A program made the translations under genes and the position numbers. Source: Zygnema circumcarinatum SAG 698-1b (Eukaryota; Plantae; Zygnematophyceae). Taken from it: a DNA stretch of 64,000 nt. Of this stretch, positions 21,001-33,937 are shown piece after piece. The DNA is taken from positions 1,922,001-1,986,000 of the forward strand of contig CM074804.1 in NCBI GenBank assembly GCA_037447605.1. The letters run 5' to 3'. How positions within the stretch are numbered: position 1 is the stretch's first letter; every line of letters begins with the position of its first letter. Below the pieces are notes generated by a model. It saw only the letters and a program-made list of their open reading frames with translations. It was not told where the DNA came from and made no database searches.

Positions 21001-24000
21001 TAATCGTCCACTGTCAAGTGGATGACTGTCTTTTTTTTCCTTTGTTGTAGTATGCTATATGCAGCTTTACATGGGCTCATGTTCCATCGATGCGTCTTCA
21101 GTTCATAAATCTCTTTCCTTTCCTTTTCTACATATCTTGAAACACATGATCTTGTTGCCTGTGCGTTGTTCTGGACCGTTCTCACCATTGGAGGTAGTGT
21201 TGTTTGCGTTGTGTCCATAGCAAGCTGGGCACAAAGGCCCCCAAAGATTTCACTCGCACACTGCAGCAGCAGTTCTCCTCTCACAGGCGCTTTTATATGG
21301 GGAAATCCTCTCGCACGGATTTCACGCTTGAGCATTACGCGGGAAAAGTAAACATCTACTGCTCAACGTGGTTAAACTGTTTGAACTTGTTTTGTTCATG
21401 GTGGTTGGTCGTCACATTGTTTTGAGCTAAGGCTAAGTGATAATGTTGGTCGTAATGTTGCTCTCATTTTTCAGCCAGCACTTGGCCTTTGCAGGTTACT
21501 TATAGCACAGAAGAGTTTATGTCGAAAAATTTGGATGCCGTAAACCCGGAACATCACAAGCTCCTTTCAGCCTCGACAAATGAGCTCATCGCTTCAATGT
21601 TTCCAAAGGGTGGAGACTTGGAAATGACCAATCAATTCATGTCTCTTGGACTCTCGTTCAAGGTAAGAAACTTCATTTCTTTTTCCTTTTCAAGTTGTGA
21701 ACGCTTCACCTAAAGACTTCGCATTTCTGATAGATAGAATGTCCAGTAGATACTGGCTTCCTTTGCGCTTTATATTTCGTCTTGAAGGAGGGGTATAGTA
21801 GACCCCCCTATATGTCAAGAACTGTATGAGTATAGGCGGCGCTAAACCAAAATTACGAAGTTGTATTTTTCCTCTGTTGCAGAAGCAACTGGCTGAGCTG
21901 ATGGAAACACTGAATGAAACGGAGCCCATGTACATCCGTTGCGTTAAACCGAACTCAAAGAATCAGCCGCGGACTTTTGAGCGCCAGCTCGTTATGACGC
22001 AGCTTAGATCTGGGGTGGGTTTTTCTGTCATTTTTCTTGTCTGTTGAATGGGAAACTGTAGTCATCCAGGAACAGAAAATGCCTTCCTCAGCTCCGGTAG
22101 GAGATTATTCTACATGTATATGTGAATATGCATGTAATATTTTTGTGTATGTTGCATGTAGATATCAATATAAACACATACATTCTTTCTTGAGTACATA
22201 AATAGTAAGTACATATGTGTGTGTGTGTGTGTGTGTGTGTGTTTATGCTATATAATCATAAAGCATAAACATAAGTAAATATAAGGGTTGGCGCTGCATT
22301 GTCTCCCCACCAGTGCAGGGGGTGCTGGAGGCAGTGCGAATGTGCTCGGCGGGCTACCCCACGAGGAGGGCCTTTCAGGACTTCGCCGACCGCTTCCGAA
22401 TCCTCGCGAGAATGCCGCTCACTATGGAGTATGGGGCATTCCTCGCAGTCAAAATTTTACAAATTGAACTTAAACAAACAAATATGAAGACAAAAATAAT
22501 TTATCCTGGTCTCAATAAAAATATGAAACGTTTTCCTCGTCTTTTTCTCTCAGGCTTCCTTGTGTTTTAGACGGGCCTTCCAAACCCACTAGCATACGCG
22601 GGTCAATCCCCATGAAGGGACTTAGAGAGGGAAGGAGCCCGTGATGCAACAACCGCTGAAAGAGGAAACGGAGCGCAAAGATGTTTTAGTTTTGTCTGAG
22701 TTGTGGGGTCATGTATGTTCCTGTCTTGTTTTTCTTGCAAGCATTATTAGCCATTATTGTGAACCACCGTTATGGACCTGCATCTTGCCGCTGAAAAAAC
22801 TAGCTAGTTTTCTAGCCTGTTTGCTCTCCTGTTGCCAACAATGACTCGCCATGTTGTTATGTGTCTTTCGTCCTTCTTTTTCTTCCCTTTATTTTTCGGT
22901 CGTGCTCTTTGTTGGTTGCCCTGTGCAGCCTGAGCGAAAAGAAAGTTTGCCAGCTGCTGATGGAAAGGACTAATCTTTCCGACTACCAGGTAAGCAAACC
23001 GTTATGGACCCTCCCATTTCTCCTCTTGTGTAAAACGCATGTGCTTTCGCTCTGTTCAAGCAATTTTCTCACAATCAGTCTGCCTAGCTCTAGTGACGAA
23101 GCAGTGAAGCATTTAATGTCCTTTTCAGTTATACTATTGATTAGGATATAATCAATAGGATTAAATTAGGATATTAATCATAAAATGCCGGTGCTGTTGT
23201 GAGCAGATTGGAAAAACCAAAATTTTCTTGAGAGCTGGTCAGATGGTTCAGTTGGACACTCTGCTCTCCAATCAAAGGGAGGCAGCCACAAAGATTCAAA
23301 AGCACGTTCGCCGCTTTTGGTTCTTAAGGGAACGGAGTGGGGCCTCTCTGCGTCTTCAGACTTGGTGGAGAGGTGGGTCGTACTATGCTATGTAGATGAC
23401 TCAGGGGAGGATTTGTAGAGCCTTTGAAACTCCACCCACTTCAATCATGGTCCAAGAGTTTCTTCTTTTGGGATTTTAACCGCAGGCCTACGTAGTGATT
23501 CGGTTATGACCTCGTGTTTTGCTGTGTATAATTCAATTATAGTTCGCCTTGGAAACTCTCATGCCCAGTTATTGCTAAGTCGTTTGCGGTCGGTTTGATT
23601 GTTCGTCCTGGCAGGTGTGTTGGGAAAGTTGGCTGAAAAGAGTCGGAGAGAGGCCCACACGAAAGCAGCCCTTGTTTTCCAGAAGAATGCGCGCATGCGG
23701 AAGGAACGAGCCTATTTTCTGGCTCTGAAACGAGCGGCAAAGCTCTGTCAGAAGCTGCTCCGGCAACGGTTGGAGGACAACATGGAGCTTGCAATGAGCA
23801 TCCGGGTGCGCGCCTTTTTGCTATCACGGAACTTGCTCACCGAAGTTTGTGTCTTAAAGGTTACTTATTTCAGTGGAGGAGCGGTGGTGTTAGCATCCGA
23901 AACTTACTGTGTCTGGAGATGAGAGTACCTTAGCTGCAGTGGCTGAGTCTGGACATGGTCTGTCAGTCCTGAAATTGAGACAAGGCACGAAAGCTAGCTA

Positions 24001-27000
24001 CACTGCGTACGAAAAATGGCAGCGGAAAAGACAACGACCGTCAGTAGTAGTCAACGATAGTGACCATCCTGATGGGTCCATCAATACCCATTCAGGACCA
24101 TTCTTATCTACGACATCCACATACAACCTCTTTGCGCCTCCCCTCCCCCACCCGAACCCCCCCCACTTCTCTCTCTCTCCCTCTCTCTCTCTCCCTCACT
24201 CGCTTTCTCCCCCTCTCTCTTTCTCTCTCTCCTTCAATCTTCCTCTGATGAAATTGCACGGCGGTGCAGGCAGGAGTGGACCGCAAGCTGGCCAGTAAAG
24301 CAGAGCGATTTGCGAGGGCGAAGCTGGACGCTGCTCTTGCGCAGATGCGCGGCTTTGAGGCGCAGGTCGACCAGAAGGCGCGGGAGCTCGTCGGCCTTCA
24401 AGCAGACCTCGCCCTCGCAAGGGAGGCAGCAACGGGGGCCGCTCTCGCAGTCGAGAAGATTACGGGAGAGAGGGAGGCAATTTTGGACTCGCTCATGGTA
24501 CTTGCAGGGCAGCAGGGTCTGTCAAGTAGGGGAATGCTCGTTGCTGGGGATGCTTTTGTTCAACGTGTGGGGATTGTCTGTGTGATTATGGATGGATGGA
24601 TGGATGGATGGATGGATGGATGGATGGATGGATGGATGGATGGATGGATGGATGGATGGATGGGTGGATGGATGGATGGATGGATGGATGGATGGATGGA
24701 TGGATGGATGGATGGATGGATGGATGGATGGATGGATGGGTGGATGTCATAGATGCTTTTTGAGTTACTATCATCTAGGTAACCTGAGCTGTGGGCTCAT
24801 TAAGTTTTGGTTGTGAGGGAGGGGATTATTCTACGGGCAACCACCTGCAAGATACGTAAACTCCCTCTGTTCGTTTGAGTGCAGGCTCAAGAGGAGGAAG
24901 AAAGGAGAGAAGAGAAGGAGGAGATAGATTTGGAAATGAGGGAACTTCAGGAGCGGCTTCAGGAAATGCAGGATAAGCTTGCTGAGTAAGTTCCCAACTG
25001 CCACTTTATTACTATCTGACCACTTGTATTACTGGATTTCCATTGCTTGAGCCGGCGCAAAAAGAGAAAGAAAGAAGAGGTGAAAGGGGGAGGGGGGTTG
25101 CGATACATTTTTCTGTTGCACTATCTCTGTTATGAATGCTCAGTAGGGCCATGTTCGACTTGGGGCCTGCAGGAAAGAGCAGGAGGTCAAAGCCTTGAGT
25201 AATCGGCTTGCTGCTATACCAACAAATGTGAAAATTCCAGAGATGCCTCTCGACGAGCAGCAGGTGCATACTTGTCAAAGTCTTCACGAGTGAATTGACT
25301 CGTTTCCTCGACTCCTTTGTATTGTTTGAAGCTTCTTTTGAAGAGGGAAACCAGATCTATGACAATCACAAGTTCGAAACAGTAACTGGACCTTTAGGCG
25401 GGTTGAAAGGAAACACTGCAATTCTCTTGTACATTCTTGTCGCATATCGGTTTATACCAGTATACGACGCTTCTCCATATATCTCACTATCTCCCTGCCA
25501 GATTGGTTCGGATGCAGTACACATGGCCGACTGTTTGTCCGACTGGGTCTTCTGATAAGCAGGACCGCCACCACATTCAAGCCAAAACTTCCTATATTTG
25601 AAAATGCTGCCCTAGCACCTGTTTACCCTTGTTCTGGTGGCGTTCCATTGGCTAATGATTAGTCTGTTTTGTGGATTTCAGGCCACGCTATTACGAGAGA
25701 TTGGCAACAGCAATTTGGGGTTTGAAAATGGCCATGCAGTCGCTGCTTCGATGGTTTTCAAGGCCCTTCTGAGGTGGAAAATTTTCGAGGCAGAGAGGAC
25801 CAACACATTTGATCGGGTGGTATACACTTTCCAACAAGCAGCTCGGAATGGCAACTATAGCACTCTCTCTTACTGGCTCTCCAACACCATCACCCTTTAC
25901 TATCTTGTTGACAATGTGATCTATGAAGCGGGTTCCACGAAAAGTATTCGGCCGTTTTCCCTCTTCAGCAAACGTGAAACTAGCTCGCAGCGTGTCGAAC
26001 ATGTAGACACTATGCTGTTCAAGCTGCAGTTAGGCACGTCGGTTGAACGGCTATATGTTACAATTCGTGATTCTGTGAAAGCAGAGCTCAACAGTCACCT
26101 CACATTGGTGAGTTCTTACAACTTACGAACCTGAAAAAAAAAAAAAAAAAAAAATACTGAAAGCTCTTCAAACTCTTAAGAGCACCCTAACTTACAGTTG
26201 TGATTACGAATGGGAATGTGTCAGGGACCCCAGCCTATGGCTAATGGGGATGGAGGGAGCTCAGCCTCCACTCCCAACAAAAGGCTCCTCTCTCGGAACA
26301 CAAGTTCTTTGCGCGCTCAAGTGGACGATAACTGGAGAGCAATTCTCGATTGTCTCAAAAACGTTCTCACTGTCATGCGGCGGAACTATATTCCTCCGCT
26401 CCTTGTGCACTTCCTTCTGAAACAGCTTCTAAACTTTATTGACACGACGGTCTTCAACAGGTCCGGAGCAAGAATGGCCATGCTTAGACACTTCGATACT
26501 TTGCTTTTCCTTGTTGTCTGGTTGGTTTACTTTTTGAATGCTTGCGTACTGCTCATTATCAGTTTCTTTGCCGTTTGAATGCCAGTCATTGCGAAATATG
26601 TAGCCTACAGAGAGAACTAGCGAATGGATCTAATTTTTCACTCAAATGAATCATAAGACCTCGCGGAACTCTTATTTGGGGAACATGGGTCTGAACGTGG
26701 GTCATTATAAATCAAACAGAGGACGAAAGCTATGCATTGATAGGGTCGGACTTTCTCTATTTGGTGCATACCGGTCTTGAAGCAGCATGAGAGTGTAACG
26801 TCGGGAGGAGAAAGTAACACCTTTAACCTCAAACCTCCAAGCGAGCTGTTAAACATTAAAATTCTGACCCAGGGTTCGCTGATGTCCAATGCCGAAGTCG
26901 CAGTTTGATGGTGCGAAGTCCTTGGTGCCCATGCACATACAGCAATGGCGTGGCTATGGGAGAGGGACTTTCGAAGGTGATCGAGTGGCTCTCAGTGGAG

Positions 27001-28050
27001 GTAGACGAGTGGTTAGCCATGCAGCTTGGACCAGAGACTCCCCCCTTGAAGAAAGAGCTTTGCCACATTCAGCAGGCTATCTTCTTTCTGGTAGGTGCAC
27101 TTACGGTTGGTGGCAAGTCACCAACTAACTTCTGGGTGATTAAACATTACTTTATTCCTTCGCTTTCCTCCTCTATCGTTCTCCCTCTCCCTCTCCCTCT
27201 CCTCTTCCTCTGCCTCTGCCTCTGCCCCTCTCTCTCTCCCTCGCTATCTCTCCCTCCCTCTCGCTCTCCCCTCCTCCCCCCCATCCCTCCCCCTTGTTCC
27301 CCCTCTCCCCCTCTCTCTCCGCCTGTCTCTCCCTCCCCCTTCCTCTCGCTCAATCGATGACAGTTCTTCTTCTTCCGATTTTATCAGTTGATAGATGACA
27401 AGCCGAAGCTGAGCCTCGAGGACATTCGGCAGCTGTGCCCCGCTCTGAGCATGAACCAGCTCGTGCACATCTGCATATGGTACGACGACGATAAGCGCAC
27501 CTCCCAGGGAGTGGAGCCCGCCGTCATTGAGCTCATGTGGGCCCACATGCTGGAGGACTCGCCCATGCAGCTGCGGGAGGACGACAGGTGACTGTGCTTG
27601 CCTCTCCTATATGGGTGCTTATATGATGCTCTTTGGAATAGAGTGAGGATGCTGATGCTGATGCTGATGCTGATGCTGATGCTGATGCTGATGCTGATGC
27701 TGATGCTGATGCTGATGCTGACGGATGCTGTGTGGCCAAACAGCTCTCCAGGAGAGGCTCGGGACCAGCTCGGAATTCAGGGCAAGAGGAGGGAAGAGCA
27801 TTGGTATAGTCTTGCAGTGTGTTCAAAAGCTTTGACTGCGACGCGTTGATTGATAAGGGGGTGGTTTCACTTGGATGGCAGGATACCCTTCGGGATTGAT
27901 GAGATCGTGGCCTCTATGATGAATTTTGAAATCGATGAAGTGCAGCCCCCTGGGGAGCTGCTTCAAGCCGGCCTCCATTTTTTGCTACAGAACACCAACG
28001 CAACCCACTCAGGGAAGCACCTCCACTGGCGGATGCCCTCCATAGGTTAG
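15072..28050 (+). CDS. Myosin XI (SH3-like N-terminus, motor, about 4 IQ, short coiled coil, DIL-type tail), about 1389 aa
   Basis: 29 phase-consistent exons: 15072-15074 (ATG only, inferred), 15579-15722, 16314-16445, 16937-17082, 17306-17462, 17692-17750, 18206-18368, 18768-18929, 19188-19327, 19610-19756, 19980-20081, 20219-20276, 20586-20687, 20926-20963, 21221-21347, 21495-21662, 21883-22014, 22319-22428, 22929-22989, 23207-23372, 23615-23805, 24270-24497, 24885-24985, 25173-25263, 25682-26107, 26225-26460, 26904-27090, 27388-27587, 27858-28050. Motifs [31 protein letters not shown], and tail YWLSN and LCPALS. Confidence 0.95.
16065..16190 (+). repeat. Dispersed repeat fragment in myosin intron 2 (inverted copy at 32954-33082)
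   Basis: GATGTGG(T/C)ATTGATCTCACGA...GAAATCTACTTCT aligns with the reverse complement of 32954-33082, about 80% identical by eye. Confidence 0.75.
22216..22243. repeat. (GT)n microsatellite in myosin intron
   Basis: Direct inspection. Confidence 0.9.
24588..24746. repeat. (GATG)n tetranucleotide microsatellite in myosin intron
   Basis: About 39 near-perfect units with occasional GGTG variants. Confidence 0.95.
27648..27721. repeat. (GATGCT)n hexanucleotide microsatellite in the last myosin intron
   Basis: About 12 perfect units. Confidence 0.95.
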
Positions 28051-29734
28051 CCACCTACGAGCTCCTTTACAGTTGGCTTTATTATTCATTCTTTTGGGCT
28101 TAGCATCGCCTCCTTCCTGCTCCTTTTCGTCTGTACTCTAGCTTATGGATGTGCATCTAGTGTAGACCCTACTCAATGGGTAACTGAACGAGATGAGTGT
28201 AAAATTCTGAGTCAAGAGTTTCTTGAGTAGCAGCAATGGCTCTACCTGAGCCTGCCCGCATGTAGCGAGAGGGAAGAGGGAGGAGAGAGTGAGCTCAGCC
28301 CAGGAGCTGCCCCCTCCTCGCCCCCGTCTGTCATAGCTGTAGATGGCCTCATTCAATGGCCCACTTCCCATTTCAATAACACTCTGACAAGCAGCGGTAA
28401 CATAGCGTAGGAGACAGCTCTTGCATCTTCTGGCTCCAACTTTCCACTTCCCTATCTGCAATAGAGAGGAATAGAGGGACAGAGGCGAGAGCCCCCCTCC
28501 GCATTTCGTCGTGAAGTAACGGAAATCACTGAGTTATGTCGGAATAAAGTACGGTGGCGTTCGAGGCAAGACTCGACACTTTTCTCACTGTCAATGTGCC
28601 TCTTAAGCTCACGTGTATGAGAGAAGAGTCTGAGTACCTCGTGCGTCTATTAATGTGAAATCGCTTGGACCTCTTTTTGTCATGGTTCGTATGTCAATGA
28701 AACCATGGTTGTTCTGACACAATGACAATGACACTGACAATGATCGCTGGAGTCAAACACATGCGCTAGAGTAATTGGATGCCCTGTTTCACTTCCTAGC
28801 CCTCCCCTGCAGTCACTTCCCCCTTCCCCTCCCCTTCCTCTTCCCCCCCCCCCTCCCTCGCGAGGCCGTCCCCAAAGCAGAGCTTCTGGCATCACATGCC
28901 TCCAAGTTAGCCCGCGCGGCTGCATGGCCTGGCATGGACCCAACTTGCATGCAACGTGCCAACAACTGCCCAATGCGACCGCTATGCCAACATCCTCCAA
29001 TCAGGATCTGCCACCTGGCGGATTGCTACTGGACAAGTCAGCCCTGCCTAAAAAGGGCTACCGTACGATACGGATTTGAGAAGAAACGGGGCACGTGTCA
29101 AGAAGCGAGGGGGTGTTGCCACATGTCACATGTCACGTCACGCAACTGCTGAGGGTGACCTCGCACATGGGATAGTTTCCCATTGGTCGCGGCCCGCAGC
29201 AACTGGCGGTTATTCCGTACGGATAACGTGGCCGTACGGCAAGATGGTTCGTACACCCCTGTCGGAGGTGTAATGTACGAACTCGTACCTAGTCGCAATC
29301 ATTGGATGTACGGCCATCAGCCAACGGCCCTCGGTTGACCGCGGCGCGGCCTCTTCGGCCGATCTGTGGCCGTCGATTGGCATGACACCTTGTGGATCCA
29401 ACGGTCCGTAATTGCCTTGAACGACCGTACAGATCGTGTACGGCAGTTGGTCCGACAGAAGCAACAGCAATGAGCAGGGTAGGCTGGCGTCACCGTGACA
29501 GTCCAGTGCCCTCCCCCCTCGATAAAGTCATCACAGATGCGTCGCAGGGCCCTCTGTGCTCTCGACAAAGTCAAGTTCAGCACTTGAAACTTTGATGACG
29601 AGCACACCTCCTCCGGATCTTGAGGCTGGCTGTAGACCTTCATATTGGAGGCCTGCAACTGGAGCTCTCAAAGCTGCGGTATCAAGAGAGCTTGGAGGCG
29701 GTATTGGTCTCATTGTGGTTATTTAGAGGCAGCC

Positions 29735-32306
29735 ATGGCGGCCGCGGCTGTGGGGGATCTTGACAAGTCGAAGCTGGAGGAGGAGCTGAGGGATATTGAG
29801 CGGCGGGGGAAGGACGCGGAGGGGCTGGATGGTGGCGGCGAGCAATCGAAGGAGGTGGTCGTGGCGAAGGAGGAAGTTGAGAAGCTCGTGAAGGAGATGC
29901 GGCAGGCAGTGGAGCAAGGGAAGGTTTCCACAGAAGTGAGTACAAGAATGGCACTGCATGTGGCAGTATTGTCGCAATAATTGAATTTTGCCGTCTTTAT
30001 TTATTGATTGAATGGTTGTATCGATATCGGGAGAAGTTTCAATTTGGTTGTGGGGATTCTTGTGTGTCCCTTCTTGAAAATCATGTGGAGCTGGCTTCAA
30101 TAATTTTACGCATTTCCTTACATTTCTGCTGGTGTATGCGTGCGTTTGCCGCGTCTAGGTAGGCTAGGCGTAAGAGGCGAACATTGCAGCCAAGTGATGA
30201 TCAATGCTTCTTTCAGAGCGCATGGGTCTCTACCAATTTCCGAAAGAAACAAAGACACTTATCTTGCTGGAGAGAACAGTGGTTAAGATAACAGTCTGGA
30301 TAATATGATTCTGCTAGCATTCCCGAAGAAAAAGACCGTGCGTCCGTTTTTTCATGTTGGCTCTTATAATGGTCGAGAGAGCAATTGATAATCGTACTAC
30401 TTTTTTTTAGCTGGGGGACTCTCTCGTTCCCTTTTCCTTCTACGCTTCCCTATCTTTCCTCTCCATTTTCTCCCGTTCCCTCTCATGACCACCGTTCACT
30501 CTGCCCCTCATCGTCCTCCTACTGTCCATTCCGCTATCGTTTTCGCTCCCCCACCCTCTTTTTCCCTCACTATTCCCTCTCTCTGCCTCTCTCTCGCTCA
30601 CTACCCCTCCACTCTTCTTCTCCTCCCTCCTCTCCGTTTCTTTTTATGTGCAGGGAATTAGCGATGCAACATTGAAGCGCTTTCTCAGAGCAAGAGACAT
30701 GAATGTCAGCAAAGCAACAAAAATGTTTATCAACCACGTTCAGTGGCGAGCAGCAGCGATTCCTTCATCGTACATTACTCTTTCAGAAATTTCAAACGAA
30801 TCAGCTTGCAAGAAAGTATTTCTTCAGCTGAAAGAGGGACATCGTTCGGTGGTTATTCTTCACGGGAGAAAGCACGAGACATGGAAACGGGATTTGGAGG
30901 AGTTCAAACGTATGGTTCACTCCTCATTAAGTGTAGTGATTGTCTCCTAAATGGAAAGTCTTCAAGCGTCGGATGTTTGCGTTGACAGAATGGGGAAAAA
31001 ATGGAATGCGAGCAGCAGCAGCAGCATGAAAGAATAAGGATATAGTTTGTAGTATTAACGCACTGAACTCCTAGGCTCTTCGGAACTTGACCAACTGATT
31101 TGTAAGGTGGTCCGGCAGAGCTTGTATTGAAGGTTAGTGGTTGAGCAGGAGATTGCCCGCCTGAACAATTTTACTCAGGACTGATCCTGTCTTCTCAGTT
31201 TGACTTGTCTATATCCAGGCTATGCCATCTACGCCACCGACAAGGCCATTGCAAGGTACAATTCTAAGCATTCCTGAAGTTCTCTTGTTGACTATTTGCA
31301 AGACTCAGGTGGGTCAACCAGATTGGAGGCTTATAAGGTGAGACACATGAAACATTTTTGTACTTGTAACGAGCAATTTCTGTGGAATACTGAGCGATGT
31401 CGTTTGTCCTGTTGTGGCTACTAGCCTGCCCCAGGGAGAGGAAAAGTATGGTGTCTTGCTGGACCTGCAAAGCGCTGGTTACAAGAACATGGATCCACGT
31501 GCGATGATTGTTGTTTTTGAAATGCTGCAGGTGAATTCTCTTCTTAATTCTTCCCATCGTTCCCTTTTGGTGGATTGAAATTCTAACTTTAAGTCACCTG
31601 CCTGTCACCTGTCACTGGTTCATTCTGTCATTCCTTACAAATGAACAATTTCAGCGCGAAGCGTGTTGCGATTTGAGACTTACTTTTGCTGAGCTGTCGT
31701 GTGGCAATTTTCTTAAAATACTGTCACTTGCTGTTTTCACTATGGTTTCTGACCTTCGTTTTGCTGTGCCAGGCCCATTATCCTGAACGTTTGGGAAGGC
31801 TATTTATGGTCCACGTACCTTATGTATTTTGGGGTGTTTGGAAAGTTGTTTCTCCATTTATAGACCGAGTGACCCGCGAGAAGGTGAGTAACTTTTATGT
31901 GTGCGCTCTACACATATTGATATCAAATAGTTTCGGTGATGTTTTCTCACAAATCGGTGAATTGGGACTCACCAAGAGCACACTTGTGACGAACACTTCT
32001 TGTAGTCGTAAGTCGGAGACTTCAGCTTCTGCATCGGTAGCAGGGATGCAGAAACAGCTGCTCTTGTCTGTCCTTTCTTCAACCTCCCTGAGTCATTGCC
32101 AAACCTCCTTTTTATCCTGATTTAAAAACCATGCGGGATTGTTCTCACAGATTATCTTTGTTGAAGACAAGAACCTCAGCAAAACACTGCTGGCTGAGAT
32201 CCCTGAAGACATGCTCCCGCCGGAGTACGGAGGAACAGGGAAACTTGTTAGCTTAGAGGACGCGGAGGTTCCAAACTGGCCTCCGCAAAACGCCCAATTT
32301 ACCTGA
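29735..32306 (+). CDS. Sec14/CRAL-TRIO lipid-binding protein
   Basis: Six exons from 29735-29935 and 30654-30909 to the last exon 32151-32306. Motifs DATLKRFLRARD, LLDLQSAGYKNMD, HYPERLGRLFMVHVPYVFWGVWKVVSPFID, LPPEYGG. Confidence 0.92.
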
Positions 32307-32953
32307 GCTGTTATTTAGTTGGACTTCCCTCTCATTGCTGAGGCCCTCCCTGGCTGAATGCGCCCCTCCCTCCCTCCCTGTTGCTTTCTCTCATTTGCCG
32401 TTGCCAACTTCTGGAAGACTCGGTGATCCCTCTGCAAGGCATTGGAGGGGGGCCTGCTGCCATTTCAACAGCACTTGTTCCAAGCGCCATGAAGTTGGGT
32501 CGGTGTGTATGTTCGTGAACGCCCTCCCTCGAGGGTAAAGGTTGACCTGCCGCTTGTAGATTGGTGACGTTTCTTTTGCCTTCTGAGAAGAGATTGCCGG
32601 TCCTGCGGTTGCTTAGGGATGGACTATTTTTTTGCGCAATATTTCAAAGGAGAGTTTGAATATTGATAGTTTGCTGTTGTGGCTGCACTTGAGCTGTGGT
32701 TTGATGGAAACTTGCTATGAAGCGAGTGGAGAATAGCGCCCAAAATGTGAAAACGAATGGCTAAGCGGTTCCTCCCATTGTAGACTGCTTGCGTGTTTTC
32801 CCTCTTTGGCTTGTATCTAGTAAGTAAATCGTCCCCATGTAATCGGTTTGCGGGTTTTCAATTTGAGAAGGGAAGGAGGTTGTATGCTGCGTGGGTGTTG
32901 CGTTCCTGTTACATTGTACATCGCGTATGTCTTGTTGTAGACATTGTTGAAGA

Positions 32954-33082
32954 AGTAGATTTCTGCTCATAGCTTTTTTCTATTGTCTTTAGGTCCTTGG
33001 TGAACAAGTTTTCGTGATTCCCCATGTTAATTTTGTCCATGTACATTTGATGGCATCGCCATCGTGAGATCAATGCCACATC
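32954..33082 (-). repeat. Dispersed repeat fragment (copy of 16065-16190)
   Basis: Reverse-complement similarity to 16065-16190. Confidence 0.72.
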
Positions 33083-33096
33083 AATCCTCATTATTG

Positions 33097-33473
33097 CACA
33101 GATCGGACCATTAGACAAACCAGTCGACTGGTTGCCAACCAGTGGTTGCGGATCGAAACAACCATTCGACTGGTTGCCAACCAGTGGCATCCACTGGTTC
33201 CAAACCAGTCGACTGGTTGCCAACCAGTGGTTGCGGACCGAAACAACCAGTCGAATGGTTGCCAACCAGTGCCGCCGGATCGAAACAACCATTCGACTGG
33301 TTGCCAACCAGTGGCATCCACTGGTTCCGAACCAGTCGACGGGTTGCCAACCAGTGGCATCCACTGGTTCCAAACCAGTCGACTGGTTGCCGACCAGTAG
33401 ACGTCCAACCATTGCCATCCAATGGTTGTCCAATGGTTGTCCAATGGTTGCCGATCCACTGGTCCGAACTGTG
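33097..33473 (-). mobile_element. 377-bp MITE, internally deleted derivative of the 788-5112 element (opposite orientation)
   Basis: Ends CACAGATCGGACCA and TGGTCCGAACTGTG. 8-bp TSD CATTATTG at 33089-33096 and 33474-33481. The interior consists only of the palindromic units. Confidence 0.92.
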
Positions 33474-33937
33474 CATTATTGGCAACGCCTCCATTCAATG
33501 GTCTGTCGACCTCATGACCGGCAAGAGTGTACCCAACGGTAAAACCCTGTGTTGCTCGATGTGTCGATGTCCGGGTATGCCAAATTGTCGCTCCCAACCC
33601 CTCGATAGTCAACAAGCATCTTGTGAAATGCGCACCAGAAGGGCCCGCCCTGTCACGCACGGCATGGTCAACGACGGTCGATTGCTGACTGCACGACTGC
33701 ATGGGTGGATGGCATCCGTCCTAATGTGCCACTGTTTTACCATTGCCAATGGTTGGCAATTGGCGATAGTCCACCATGGGCTAACGCTGGCTATTGCCAA
33801 GCAGCCAACAAAACCACCAACCAACCAACGAATGGTCCGCCCTCGAAGCCAACGAATGTCAAACGGCGGCCCGCGAATCTGCGATCCAACACCATCCCTA
33901 ACGGTGCTGACGTGACAGGATCGGCCACATATATTTC

